Source: Eledone cirrhosa
Taxonomy: Eukaryota
Length of the DNA stretch: 64,000 nucleotides
Reading direction: 5' to 3'
Assembly: GCA_964016885.1 (NCBI GenBank)
Contig: OZ024742.1
Coordinates: forward strand, 254,944,001-255,008,000
A program made the position numbers and the translations under genes. Of the stretch, positions 13,749 to 26,812 are shown piece by piece. How positions within the stretch are numbered: position 1 is the first letter of the stretch; each line of letters starts with the position of its first letter. The notes under the pieces are model-generated. The model was not told the origin of the DNA. It made no database searches and saw only the letters and a list, made by a program, of their open reading frames with translations.

Positions 13749-13892
13749 GGGGATTTCTTTCTTCGTTTCTGTGCCTTTCCTTTCTTCTATCCTACGCCAT
13801 TTTGTTTGTGTGTGGGTTGCCCAACCCACACACAAACAAAATGGCGTAGGATAGAAGAAAGGAAAGGCACAGAAACGAAGAAAGAAATCCCC

Positions 13893-13937
13893 AGTCACTG
13901 AAGAGGTCACAGAGTGTGTGACGAAAGAACTATGACT
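13893..13937 (+). ncRNA. Type I hammerhead ribozyme
   Basis: AGTCA-CTGAAGA-G-GTCACA-GAGTG-TGTGAC-GAAA-GAAC-TA-TGACT: stem I AGTCA/TGACT, minimal stem III, CUA cleavage triplet. Confidence 0.8.
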
Positions 13938-14088
13938 ATATATATATAAACAACTATCTGGTTGTGGAACCAACCAACCAACCAGAAATTTATAAATTTG
14001 TAAATTTATAAATATATATTAAATTAAATTGAAGTGAAAGCAACTGGTGCGTGTGTTTCTTATTGGCAACATGACCCTCCCAAAGTAT

Positions 14089-14126
<38 letters not shown>

Positions 14127-14177
14127 GTATGTATGTATATGTATATATATATATATATATATATTTATGTATGTATG

Positions 14178-14216
<39 letters not shown>

Positions 14217-14285
14217 TAAAATAACAGATTAAAGTTTAAGCAAAGAATCGCTGCTTTCACCCTTATCGGGATCTTCTGAAACTAT

Positions 14286-14359
<74 letters not shown>

Positions 14360-14839
14360 TTATTTATTTATATATATTTATATATATTTATATATATATA
14401 TATATTTATATATTTATATATATATATATTTATATATATTTATATATATATATATTATTAGCTTTTCCCATATTTCTCTACAAAAGATAGATAGTCTAAT
14501 AATAGTGTGTATAAGTCCTGTGGGCATCAGCACGCATGTTGGTACATATTTTGTTCCATTCTGGGAGCATAATCACTCTATTACAGATTATTTTCTCTAC
14601 ACAAACATATCCTAAAAGCTACTAAATCAATTGAAATCTGAAATTTCAAATGACACCTTCCAAATACATGTGATTGCTTTGTCTAATGGTATCTCTGAAA
14701 TTTTTTTCAATCCTTAACAATATATGAGAATGATATAAAATGATTTCCTGAATAGTAACGAGACCTCTTCAAACAATTAAAACAGTTCTAGTTGTGTAGA
14801 AGTCATTTCTATATGAAATATATTTCATATATGTGTATG

Positions 14840-15910
14840 TATATCATCATCATCACCGTTTTACGTCCATTCTTCCATGCTAGCATGGGTTAGACAGGCC
14901 ATCCTGTTGTGGGCAATCTCAGGTCGGGTGACCTTGTCTTGCTGATACAGGAACTCATTTTGGCTTGATTTCTGCAGCTGGATGCCCTTCCTAACACCAA
15001 CCTCATTTAAAGTGAGTGCTGGGCGGTTTTTTTCCGTGGCGCCTACACGACTACTTTGCAGTGGGAGGGGATGGGGCATATTGTCTATATGCTTCAGCTT
15101 CGGCTTGTTCCCGTTAGAAGTCACGTCTTCTGTATTACTGCATGACTCTAGAGATTGTGGTCCTGTGTTATCGCCTTTGAGAGGTGCAATTGGGCATGGT
15201 CTGCTTTTATCACCTCATCCCAGGTCTTCTTGGGTCTCCCCACTCCACGGCTTCCATCGACTTTTAGTGCTCTGCACATTTTTATGCAGCTGTCATCCTT
15301 TATACGTATCACATGTCCATACCAGCGCAACCGCCTCTCCTGCACACAGCATTTGATTCCTCTTATGCTCAGTCTCTCTCTCAATTCGTTTATGCTCTGC
15401 CGTTCACGTATATTACTATTACACATCCATCGGAGCATGCAGGCTTCGTTTCTTTCTAATCTACACAAGTGTTCTACCCACAGCGCCCAGGTCTCACCAC
15501 CATGTAACATTGTTGTTCATATCCATGCATTATACAGTCTACCTTTCACTTTGAGGGAAAAGCCTTTTGCAGCTAGCAGTGGTAGTAGCTCCCTGAACTT
15601 CTTCCATCCCGTTCTTACCCTGGCTACTGTACTTTCAGAACACCCACCTCCGCTGCTAATTTGGTCACCTAGGTAGCAGAAGCTGTCTACTGTTTCTACA
15701 GAGCCCTCCAAGAATTTAGTAGTGGTTGTTTCCTGTGGCTCTTTGTTGCTTACTGTTCCGGTGCACCTGCTACATGTAAAGCCTACATTCCTAACTAAGC
15801 TTCCTGAGATCCCACTACATCTCATGTGTACCCTAGTTTGCATTTGGGGGCAGAGGATGGAATTTCTACTTACACCTTTCGTACTTACTGTGCAAGGCCA
15901 TTTCCCTATA
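14840..15910 (-). mobile_element. RTE-clade LINE, 5'-truncated
   Basis: NSILCP...VHMRCSGI...FTCSRC, VDSFCYLGD, RVRTGWKKFRELLPLL, MLHGGETWAL, RRLRWYGHV, GRPKKTW; (GAT)n tail. Confidence 0.88.
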
Positions 15911-16512
15911 TAATTATGTATTAATCAACACAACATAATTATTCCATTACCCAAGGTTTCGTGAAGTTAGACGATTCTAACAGAACGTCTGATTTCATTC
16001 ATCAGATGAAATATACATACTCACACATACACACAGATATACAAAGATACATGCATACACATGCACACATAAAAATATATATATATATACACAAACATTT
16101 AGACATATGCACAAATGTGTATAAAAACCACTCACAAGTATATATACACACACATAAAATACGTATGATCACACATATACATACATACATACATACACAT
16201 AAATAAACACGTATAAAAACATATAAATATGAGATGAAAAAATAAAAAATATAAAAAGTAAATAAAAAGTAAATAAAGACCAGACAGTGGTAAAGTAAAC
16301 GCAAGAAATACGCATGTATAATTACGTATATATAGATACACATACACGCACATATAGATACACACACATATATACACCCATGTATATATATATACATATA
16401 CCCACACATATACTAACGTATACATGCGTACACACACATACAGAGACACAAAAAATATGTATATACACGCAAAAAGAAACAAATATATATATATACACAC
16501 ACACACACATAT

Positions 16513-16646
<134 letters not shown>

Positions 16647-16833
16647 AAAGTTATATTTAAATTGTTGGGTTACAACGAGTAAATATTTATAACTGATATA
16701 AAAGCAGGAGGATGCAGAACAATAATATAAAAGACGTAAAATAAGAAAATAATTTTTAAAAAATTTTTTTTAAAATTATTTTTATATGAGCCGCCAGTGT
16801 CCGCGCATTGCCTGGAGACTCAGCTGAGAATAG

Positions 16834-16915
16834 ACTCCCTGATGACGCAATGAATTCTCGACAGTTGGATTACGTAACTGTCTTTATCCCATTGCAGAAA
16901 CTAATTAGTTGGAGT
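16834..16915 (+). ncRNA. Type I hammerhead ribozyme
   Basis: ACTCC-CTGATGA-C-GCAATG...GACAGTT/AACTGTC...CATTGC-A-GAA-ACTAATTAGT-T-GGAGT. Confidence 0.87.
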
Positions 16916-17386
16916 GAAAATTTAAGTAAGTAAGTAAAAAATTTTTTTAAAATTTTTTAAAAATTATTTTCTTATTTTACGTCTTTTATATTATTGTTCT
17001 GCATCCTCCTGCATTGAACCACCTAGGTACTATGACATAACCTGTGTATTTGCTGGCATGGACGTGCATCTGTGCGCCTATGTTAGTTGATATATTAAAT
17101 TATCTATATTTATCTCCAAATCACTGATTTGTCGAGCAAACCTGCCAAAACCACTTCTAAATTTTTTTGGGTGTTAGTAGGCGTCAGTCATCTTACCATC
17201 CCATTCCTTCTAACTAGCCTCTGTGTCACGTGATTGATTCTTTAGAATCGGCCATTTGACTAGAAGCAGTGAGAATTTCAGTACATAGAATCCAGTCCTC
17301 GCCAGCTGTTCTATCTACCGAATTATTATTATTTTTATATGAGCCGCCAGTGTCCGCGCATTGCCTGGAGACTCAGCTGAGAATAG

Positions 17387-17468
17387 ACTCCCTGATGACG
17401 CAATGAATTCTCGACAGTTGGATTACGTAACTGTCTTTATCCCATTGCAGAAACTAATTAGTTGGAGT
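17387..17468 (+). ncRNA. Type I hammerhead ribozyme (second tandem copy)
   Basis: Same sequence as 16834-16915. Confidence 0.87.
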
Positions 17469-17658
17469 GAAAATTTAAGTAAGTAAGTAAAAAAATAAAA
17501 AAAAAATTTTTTTTTAATTATTTTCTTATTTTACGTCTTTTATATTATTGTTCTGCATCCTCCTGCATTGAACCACCTAGGTACTATGACATAACCTGTG
17601 TATTTGCTGGCATGGACGTGCATCTGTGCGCTTATGTTAGTTGATATATTAAATTATC

Positions 17659-17684
<26 letters not shown>

Positions 17685-17690
<6 letters not shown>

Positions 17691-18185
17691 CAATATATTA
17701 ATAAATGGAAACTATATTTATAAAACCATAATTATTTTATTATATATATTATATATATTATATTGTAAATATTTATTATATAAATTATATATCAAGGGCA
17801 ACCAAGGTAAAATACAGATTTGTTTCATAAATAAATCAGATAAGATACAGATTTGTTTTATAAATAAATATTGACATAACCGGAAAAAAGACAACCTCAA
17901 CGGTTGAAATTCGCTGGATAGTGCGAATTTCAACCGTTGAGGTTGTCTTTTTTCCGGGTATGTCAATATTTATTTATAAAACAAATCTGTATTTTATCTG
18001 ATGAAAGCGCACCATAATTTACCTTGGTTGCCCTTGAAATATATATAATAAAATAATTATGGTTTTATAAATATAGTTTCCATTTATTAATATATTGTAT
18101 ATATACTCCACTAAATTGTTGAGTGCTTTATATCAGTTATAAAAAATGTTTAAGCTAGTTGAATCCCAACAAATTAAATATAATC
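17685..18185. mobile_element. Fold-back PLE-terminus-like unit
   Basis: Inverted arms around the loop TGGATAGT (17915-17922); HHR in the right arm. Its 3' end resembles the reverse complement of 16650-16705. Confidence 0.75.
17991..18054 (+). ncRNA. Type I hammerhead ribozyme
   Basis: ATTTTAT-CTGATGA-AAGCGCACCA...TGGTTGCCCTT-GAA-ATATATAT-A-ATAAAAT. Confidence 0.75.
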
Positions 18186-18420
18186 AAAGCTATGTTCAAA
18201 GCTTTTATTTACTTACAATTGTTTCATCCAAACCTAGGCTTGGTCTCTTCGGAGCATTTTTCAATGTTTGTACATATAATTGACCTCCTTTCCAATGCAA
18301 GAGAGATACAGATACATATATATATATATTGATGTACAGTGGAGTGACATATATTATACTATACTAATTTTGTACAGCAATTCAAGTTGAAAATCAAAAT
18401 CAAAATCAAAATCAAAAATG
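18185..18420 (-). mobile_element. PLE-terminus-like repeat with HHR-like motif (18211-18255); homologue at 36760-36990
   Basis: Minus strand GCT-CCGAAGA-GACCAAG-CCTAGG-TTTGGAT-GAA-ACAATTGT-A-AGT. Confidence 0.6.
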
Positions 18421-18590
18421 TCTTTAGATAAAAATAACAGATCCATTCATGTTGACATCGCTTGGAAAATTTTGGATGCTGGCGTTTTGTGCATGATTTA
18501 ATTTTTTAGAAAATTGGATATAGAAAAAAAACATTTTATATAAAGAGGTATAATTGTGCGCGTGTGTATGCATGTGTGTGTTTGATATAT

Positions 18591-18663
<73 letters not shown>

Positions 18664-19446
18664 AGTGTGTGTATGTATATATTCTACATATCACTTTATT
18701 GTCTATCATTTTGTTGTCTTCCAAATGTATTGCTCCTTTCATCAGTATCAAACAGTTTTGAAGTTTTCAAGTTATGTCCCAGGTTTTATGATTCAATTTG
18801 TAGCACAATTTTCTTTGCTATCCATACTGCTACCACCAGAATCATGATGTTATTGAAACCTTTCCCACCATTTACACATTATAGCATTTACTTCTTAGTG
18901 CTATTTGTTCACTTATGCCATATCCATAATCAAACTATTTCAACCAAAATCATAGATATTTCTAGTGAAGTATTAATAAAGGAAATGTCACTTAGTTCAA
19001 GCTGTATGTAAAATATAGAATAATATATATATATTCATCTGCTCCATCTACTCTATAATATCTATATAAGGTGTAAAGGAATGTGGGTTAGAAACAATAG
19101 TTATTAAACTGAAGTTATATTCAATACAAGTGGTACCTCCAACACAGGATGTTTTGTTTAGTTTAATTACTTTTTTTTCTCTCATATACGTAATTATTGG
19201 GGGAAGAAATAAAGTCAGAAACGAAAACCAGAAAGATATAAACTTGTGTTTGCCCATAAAATCAACATTAGCTGCTTTGCAAATATATTTATATTGCTGG
19301 TACATAGAGTCAGTACAATAAAACTTCAGCACATGGAATATATAAATATTTTATTAACTTTTAGGAAATTTCTTTTTCACTCACTCCCCCTTCTCTCTCT
19401 ACATATATCATTCAGATCACACACACATATATATGCATATATACAG

Positions 19447-19480
<34 letters not shown>

Positions 19481-20034
19481 TGTTATTGATATATATATAA
19501 TAAAATAGATGTGTATGCATTGGGTGGAGTCTGAATATGTAAGTGTGCATGTATCAATTTATAATTTATGTATATACATACACTCACAGATGTACATATA
19601 TATATATATATACATAACACACTAATATATGTATATGTGTATTTATGTATTCACACACACACACACACAAACATATATATATATTTATATAGTATCGAGT
19701 ACTCTGGTGAGTAATGGTCTAACAGATTTTTACTGCCTCCATTTTGATTTATATATATATATATTGTATGTATATATGCATATATATATTTGAATTATTG
19801 ATTTATTAATTTCCTTTTTTTTTTGTAAACCAGCCATATATTAAATATAAGAATATGACAGAATACAATATAAATATATATATATGTGAACACATTATTA
19901 AAGACATTTCTAAAATCTTAAGAATATAAAAAAGACCTTTTAATTTCCTGTTAACTAACATTCGGGGTTATACTTTTGGAAATTGCGATTAATATTTTCT
20001 CTATAATACTTTTCACAGATGGCTTTATGCTATA

Positions 20035-20760
20035 CACAACAATATCATTGGTTAATATTTAATATCATGGAATATACTGGTTAGTATTTAATATACTATA
20101 ATATAATTGGTTTATATTTGATTTACTGCAATATAATTGGTTAATATTTAATATATTGAAATATAATTGGTTAATATTTAATATATTACAATCTAATTGG
20201 TTAATATTTGATATATTACAATATAATTGTTTCTACTTTAGGCACAAGGCCAGCAATTACCCAGTGCATTACTGGTACTTTATTTTATCGACCCCGTAAG
20301 GATGAAAGGGAAAGTCATCCTCGGCGGGATTTGAACTCAGATATATTACAATGTAATGTTAATTGTTTCTACTTTTGGCACAAGGCCAGCAATTACCCAG
20401 TGCATTACTGGTACATTATTTTATCGACCCCGTAAGGATGAAAAGCAAAGTTACCCTCGGTGGGATTTGATTCAGAATGGCAAGGGCCGTAACTCTACAC
20501 GTCAAAGCATGGCGTCCGACCCTCTACCGATACTGCCAATAATGTTAATATTTAATATATTACAATATAATTGGTTAATATTAATATATTACAATGTACT
20601 TGGTTAATATTTAATATATTACAATACAATTTGTTAATATTTAATACAAAACAATGTAATTAGTTAATATTTAATACAGACCAATTTAATAGCGTAATGT
20701 TTAATATATTACAATATAATTAGTTAATAACTAGTATATTACAATATAATTCATTAATCA
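20035..20760. repeat. AT-rich minisatellite (about 29 bp) interrupted by two SINE family A copies (about 20225-20345 and 20360-20540, minus strand)
   Basis: TTAATATTTAATATATTACAATATAATTGG-like units; SINE body recognisable on the minus strand. Confidence 0.8.
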
Positions 20761-20869
20761 TTTAGAATGTGGGCAATTTCAGCATCATTATCATTTTAAG
20801 TGCACTATCTACCACTTTCCATACTGATATTGGTTGGACAGATTGTTGCAGTTCAAGATTAGATGATTA

Positions 20870-23800
20870 ATGCTTTCTTTATTAACCACAAGGGTCTACA
20901 TAAAGTAGACATTAAGGACAGTACAGGACAATACAGGGCGGTACAAGTGGGCATTTCTGCGTGTAAAAAAACAAGAAACAGAGGATGTAATAATAGAACA
21001 ATGAAAAAATTCCACAATAGGGGGGAGACTTCCGAGGGACATTCGTGGAGAAAGCCCATTAAAAAGCCACAGTGACCCTGACCACCAGGGCAAGTGCCCT
21101 CTCCCAGTTTTCCACCTTTAATTTACAGACACATACTCAGAGTAGGCCCATTCACTGGGGCCATTCTTGCCTCTCTCACCCATCTTCCAAAAAAATGCTG
21201 GGAAGAGAGCACTTCCCTTTCTACCCTGATATTCATTTTCAAATGAAATTTGAAAAAGTTAATCAGGGCATCAGCGAAGAGGTAAGTGCTCGTCTTCAGC
21301 CCTTTCAAACGTGTCCACCATACTATCTCTTTCGCCATGGCCACCAGACAGATAAAAACTACCTGCCCTTCCCGGCTAAAGGAAGAGGGTGGGGCAATCC
21401 TCACGATGGACTCAGCTGATAGCCGGATCCGTCCTACACGCAACAGCAGGTGTTCGACATAAACCCACAAGTCAGCAATGCTCGAACACTGGACGAGTGC
21501 GTGCAGGACGGTTTCGTCTCCCTGCGCGCATCACCGACATGCCCGGCTGACGGCACCTCCATGCCTGTAGAGTTTATCCCGAACTGGAAAACCTCCTCGG
21601 TAGCACTGCCAGGCCAGGGATTTCTGGAAGTTGTCCATAGGCCCCGGCCCGAAAGTTCTTCCGAAGAGATTGGCTAGTTGATTTTTGTCGACGCCTAGAG
21701 TTTCCCCAAGTACGTCGTCGCTCTTCCCCTCCACTAATCCTCTATAGAACGCCAAGGTGGAGTGTCCACCGATCACATTGCCCGATTGGTCAGGGTTGTG
21801 AGCGCCTGAAGACATTCCAGTCTCCAAGCGCTCCCTCTCGGTCTTCGCTTGACCCAGGACTGCAGCTCCGTCAAGGATACGAGCTGGAGAAAGACGCGTT
21901 TAGCAAACGGAGACCACACCTGATCACCGTCGAGGAAGAGGTGGAGATGTTGTAGCCTGAGCGCGTGTCTGCGCATCATCAGCCATGGCATGCCCAGCCC
22001 TCCACGTAGCGGGTGTTGACAGCAGATGGACCGCCTGACCATCGGAGCGCGTCCCTTCCACAAAAAGCGAAAGAGCAAACGCTCCAAGACAGTCAGGCAG
22101 GGCTTAGGACAAGGTACGACCGTCAGGCAGTAGTAGATGACGGACGCGATATACGCGTTAGCCACCTCCGCACGACCTTTCAGGGATAGCTTCCTCTCGG
22201 CCCATTTCTGGATGAGAGAAGCCACCCTGCTCGTCACCTCGTCCCAGTTTTTGTTCGTCTGGAGATCCGGACCGAGCTAGACCCTGAGCAATTTAACTGG
22301 TCCGTCCGTCCAGTGCCCGACGACGCTGTTGGACGGCATGGACCTGCCTCTCCAGGTGCCGAGCTGCAGGACCACTGACTTTTCCTGGTTGATCATTGCT
22401 CCTGTCACCGCTTCGTATTCTCTTAGTGTAGTGCCGATCGCCTCGATGTGTTTGGCGTTCGACACCACTACGGTGACATCAGAGGCATATGCTGGCACGG
22501 ATCTTCCGCATCCTAGTTTGCGCGGGAACCCCTCAACGTCTCCAGTTTGTGCAGTAATGGCTCGAGAGTCAATACGTACAAGAGGGACGAGAGGGAACAT
22601 CCTCGGCGGACCGAGCGCATGATGTTGAACGGTTCCGAAAGGTGACCGTTCACTCTCACCACAGAGCAGATGTCGCTGTGCATGGCAGCGATCCACCCTC
22701 TGAAGACGGGCCCAAAGCCAGCCGCCCTCAGGACTGCCGCTAGGTAACGATGGTCGACCCTATCGAAAGCTTTCGACTGATCTAAATTGATCAAGGACCC
22801 ACCCGTGCCAGGTTCCCTAGCTACCCTCTCTACGATGTATCGCATGAGGTGGAGGTTGTCGTGGATGGATCTGTCGGGAATGGCGCATGTCTGCGCCTCT
22901 CCCACCAGACCACCAACGACAAGCGCCAACCTCTTTGCTAGCACCTTGGCCAAAATCTTGAACTCTGTGTTTAGCAGAGTTATGGGCCTGAAATTATCTG
23001 TTATCCTCCTTGTTCGGATCCTTTCTCAGCAGCGCTACAGCTCCTCGGCTCACAGAGCTGGGAATTCTCCCGTTCTGTTGCCAGTTGCAGTAAACGTCCG
23101 CCAAGGGGCCTCCGAACAAGTCTGGCATCTGTACGTAAAGTACATAGGGCAGACCAGCCAAACCAAGCGATTTACCCCTTGTGCAGCTAGTCATTGCTTC
23201 CCGTACTTCAGCGGCTGTTAGCGGCTTTTCACAACACTCCACCTCAGTGGCTGAGAGCCGCGGCAGTCCGTCGAAGTAGACACTAAAGTCCATCCCTCGA
23301 TCCGGCCCGCCGCTGTCCCCGAACAACTGAGCGAAGTGTCGCTGAAAGGCTTCACACATTTTCCCGGGATCGAGTAGCATGCGCCCGTCGTGGTCCACAA
23401 AACCAGATCGTGGCTTTGTTGCCACAATGCGCCTCCGCCACTCTGGCCCATTGAATGGCTTACGTCCCCTCGTGTCTGAGAGCACGCACCCTAGCTATGA
23501 CAACGCAGCCTTCGTGCTTTGCATTGAAGAATTGGTCAAGGGCCAATTTCGCCGCAAGTACGTCGGTCGCGTTGCCTTTGCTAAGCGCCTCGTCTAATTT
23601 TCTAACTAATTCTCCTTCTGCTCTATTTTTCTCTATTGCTAAAGCCTTACTAAACCTAATGGACTCTATTCTAATTGCTCTTTTCAGAGCAAACCACCAC
23701 TTGTTGTTGACGATGGCCCCCATCAACGCCCGCTTAACTTGTTCGCTAATCCGGTCTCTGAAGGCCTTGCGCGCTTGTAAGGACGCGTTTAGCTTCCAGT

Positions 23801-26706
23801 AGCCGGGTCCTCGTCTATGAAGCCTATCTAAGTCAAGCACACAGATCTTTGTGGTCAGTGTAGCTGACTATCTAAATTGTGGACAGCCTATGCTAGACCT
23901 ATCTATTTCTCTACAAACTACACTATCTAGATATGATGTGGATGATCCTATGCGATTTGTCCAATCCACATTGACACATTCGGGAAATCCAATCGTTACC
24001 TGTCAGATATTTCAAAACGCCTGAGCAGGTTGGTGAGGCTCTTGCACCCTCTTCCCCTATCCGCTAATCCCACACAGTCCCAGCGTGCATCTAAGATCCC
24101 GTTCCAGTCGCACACTAACACTAAAGAGCGGGACGATACAAGAAAGGTCTCCAGACGCCGGAAGAAATCAGGCCGCCCTTCTCCTGTCGGGGCATAGACG
24201 CTTGCCCGTCTCCGTTAGTCACGTCTAGCACCACCAACTTACCTTCTGGGTCCAGGAAGATGGCCCGTATGGCGAGATTCAAACCTCTCCGAAAAAGCAC
24301 AGCAACTCCTCCCCCCGATCCCGGACGGCTAGGAGATGCGTACACATCTTAGCCGCCGAAGATCGGTGCGAAGGCCCGTGCTTCGGAGATTCTGGTCTCG
24401 CTGATGGGCACTACATCTATGTTTAGTGACCTGAGGTCGTTGAGCAGGTGACCCTGCTTCCATGACGACCCCAAGCCACGCGCATTTATGCTGCCTATTC
24501 TGAGAGAGGTCATGTTGAAATGGAGTGGAAAAGATGGGAAAGACCACTTACCTTACTTCTCGTAGAGGAAGGATGGTTTGTCCATCCTTTTCACTGCTTG
24601 TGGCATCCTCCGGAAGGATGTCCTTATAAATCCTCCTGGAGAGTGTTTGTCGGAAGTCTCCGATGTCTTTGGGGAATTTTTGTTTTAGTGTCATGTACGT
24701 TTTCTGTGTGATGCGAGTGATTTGTATGTGTGGAGGTGGTGTGAACTTTTGGGTTGTTGTGTAGTCTTTTTCTGTGATGCTGGTGTTGTGTTGCATGTAG
24801 TGTAATAATTGGTTGTTGTTCAAATTTAATGCTGCGTAGTGTGTATCGTTTGGGTTGTTTTGTTTTGTTTGCGTTTGTTGTGGGTTTGTTTCTGTCACGC
24901 TTTTTGGTGACTTTTGTGGTGTTGGTGATGGTGGTGTTGGGGTTACTGATGGTGATGGTGTTGGTGTTTGTGGTGATGGCGTTGGTGATGCTGGTGTGGA
25001 TGGTGGCATATCTGTCCTAACTTTTTTGTTTGTTAATTTATTTGTTTCCCTCTGTATTTTGTTTTTGGAGGGGGAAGGAAGAGAATTTTTTCTTTTTTGG
25101 TTTCTTTTTTTTTCCTGATACCGTTTCCCACACCTCGTCGTCACAATCTGCCTCCAGTTGCGATAAGGCAGGGAGTGGAAAATCCTGCAGAGGCGTTGGT
25201 TTTGGTTGTGGCGTGGTGGATTGTGTAGGCGCTGGTGTTAGTTCTGGCGCGTTGGGTGGTGATGGTGTTGGTTTTGCTACTGTTGCTGGGGTGTTGCTGC
25301 TACAGTTGCTTCTGTTGTTGCTGCTACAGTTGTTGCTGCTATTTCTGCTGCTGGTGGTGCTGATGGTTGAGTCACTGGGGTGGGTAAGCGAGGTGGCCTC
25401 AACGTTTTAGCCTGAGGGCAGAAAGCCCTTAGGTGGGTTCCTTCACCACAAACGATACCTAGGTCTTCTGCCCTCGACGATAACGGTGAGGTGGCTGCCG
25501 TCAGTGAGGTCTATTACCACTGGGATCTCCTCAATGCTTTTAGGCTCCGCTTGGATCAGGAGCTCCATCACAGATCCGGACCAGTTCTCCTGCTTTTCTT
25601 TTGCTATTTCTATTATTTTGGTGTTGGCCTCGATGCCGGTGAGGACGGCAGCCATTAGCCAGGGAATTTCGATGGCCGGTGGAACGTGGGTCACCCTCAG
25701 CTTCACAAGTCTCTGGCCACAATAGCTTGGGACGAGTGTGAAGTCGTAACTACTTAATGGGGCCATGGAGTGTTCTCTGGCCTCCTGTGGTGTTTTAAAG
25801 AACACGTCCACGGTTCCATACTTCTGCCCACGTCTGATGTGGGTTTTTTTTGCCCACACATGTCCCAAAGCTTTTTGGATTTGGGACTCGGATGCCCGTT
25901 CCACTCGGCGCGATTTTATGTTTATTGTCCGATAAGATACGGTGCATAGGCGACGTTGCTCCATTTTATTAGGTGGGGGTGAGGCTTACCCTGTACCCAT
26001 CTTTCTTTACCATTCCTTTGGCTTCTTCTAATTCCTCCTGAGTTACCTGGATCGCTTCGCACGTTTTTGCTACACTGGCAAAACTCAAGGTAGTTTTCTT
26101 AATTTCATTGTTGCTGCTGTGGTTATCGTTATTTTTGCTATTGTTAATTTAAGTTTCAGTTGTGGTGGTGGTGGCGTCAGTGGTGTTCGGTGTGGAAGAG
26201 TTCATTTTGGTTGAATTCATTTCGATATCACGAGTTAATTAATTTTTTTCTTTTGTTTCTATTGTCGCCGTGGTGGTGGCGGTAGTGGTTGTCGCGGTGT
26301 TGGTGGTGGTGGTGGCGGCTTTAACACCTGCAGTCATTGGTAATGGCGGGAAATGAACGTCTGCCTGAGACAAATTAAAAATATTGCTACTGCTTACATT
26401 TCCCGTGTTGGCAAATGTAGCAATATTTATAATGGTGGTGTCGGTGTTAGGTGTTAGATTGTGAGGTAGGAGTGACTCTGAGACATCCATGATTTCTCAA
26501 AGAAAAATTTTTTGTTTGATAATTATTAAAAGTTTAAATTTTGGGCTCAAGGCCCCAATATCTTTGAGTGTCCTTTTCAGAAATTAATGTATATGCACTT
26601 ATATACAGTTAACAATAAAAATTTTCCATAAATGGCAATTTTAAATAACTGAAAATAACAAACCTTTGCGGAGCTCACGATGATACGATTTACTACGTAC
26701 GTCGCC
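20870..26706 (-). mobile_element. L1/Tx1-clade LINE, full length but degenerate
   Basis: ORF2 fragments: APE, GPGYWKLNASL, LDQSKAFDRVDH, C-terminal CCHC. ORF1 fragments at about 24548-26490. The 5' end abuts (AAT)n. Confidence 0.92.
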
Positions 26707-26770
<64 letters not shown>

Positions 26771-26812
26771 TTAATAATAATAATAATATAATATTGAAAT
26801 GATTGTGTAAAG

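Larger units (their letters stand above)
13545..14096. repeat. Near-perfect 552-bp palindrome carrying one HHR per arm
   Basis: Arms mirror around 13820/13821 with essentially no spacer; one internal mismatch seen (GTTCAACAAC vs GTTCCACAAC). Confidence 0.95.
16704..17660 (+). mobile_element. Dispersed copy (about 1.6 units) of the 553-556-bp HHR repeat, with a short inverted 5' piece
   Basis: Period of 553 bp (16834 vs 17387). 16704-16775 is inverted relative to about 16940-17012. Near-identical to the reverse complement of the 59947-64000 array. Confidence 0.92.

Noticed and set aside
18690-19340. Possible old DNA-transposase or host-exon remnant on the minus strand
   Set aside because: Only vague resemblance (FMGKHKFISFW...TSCVGGTTC) with no diagnostic motif; it would need a profile search.
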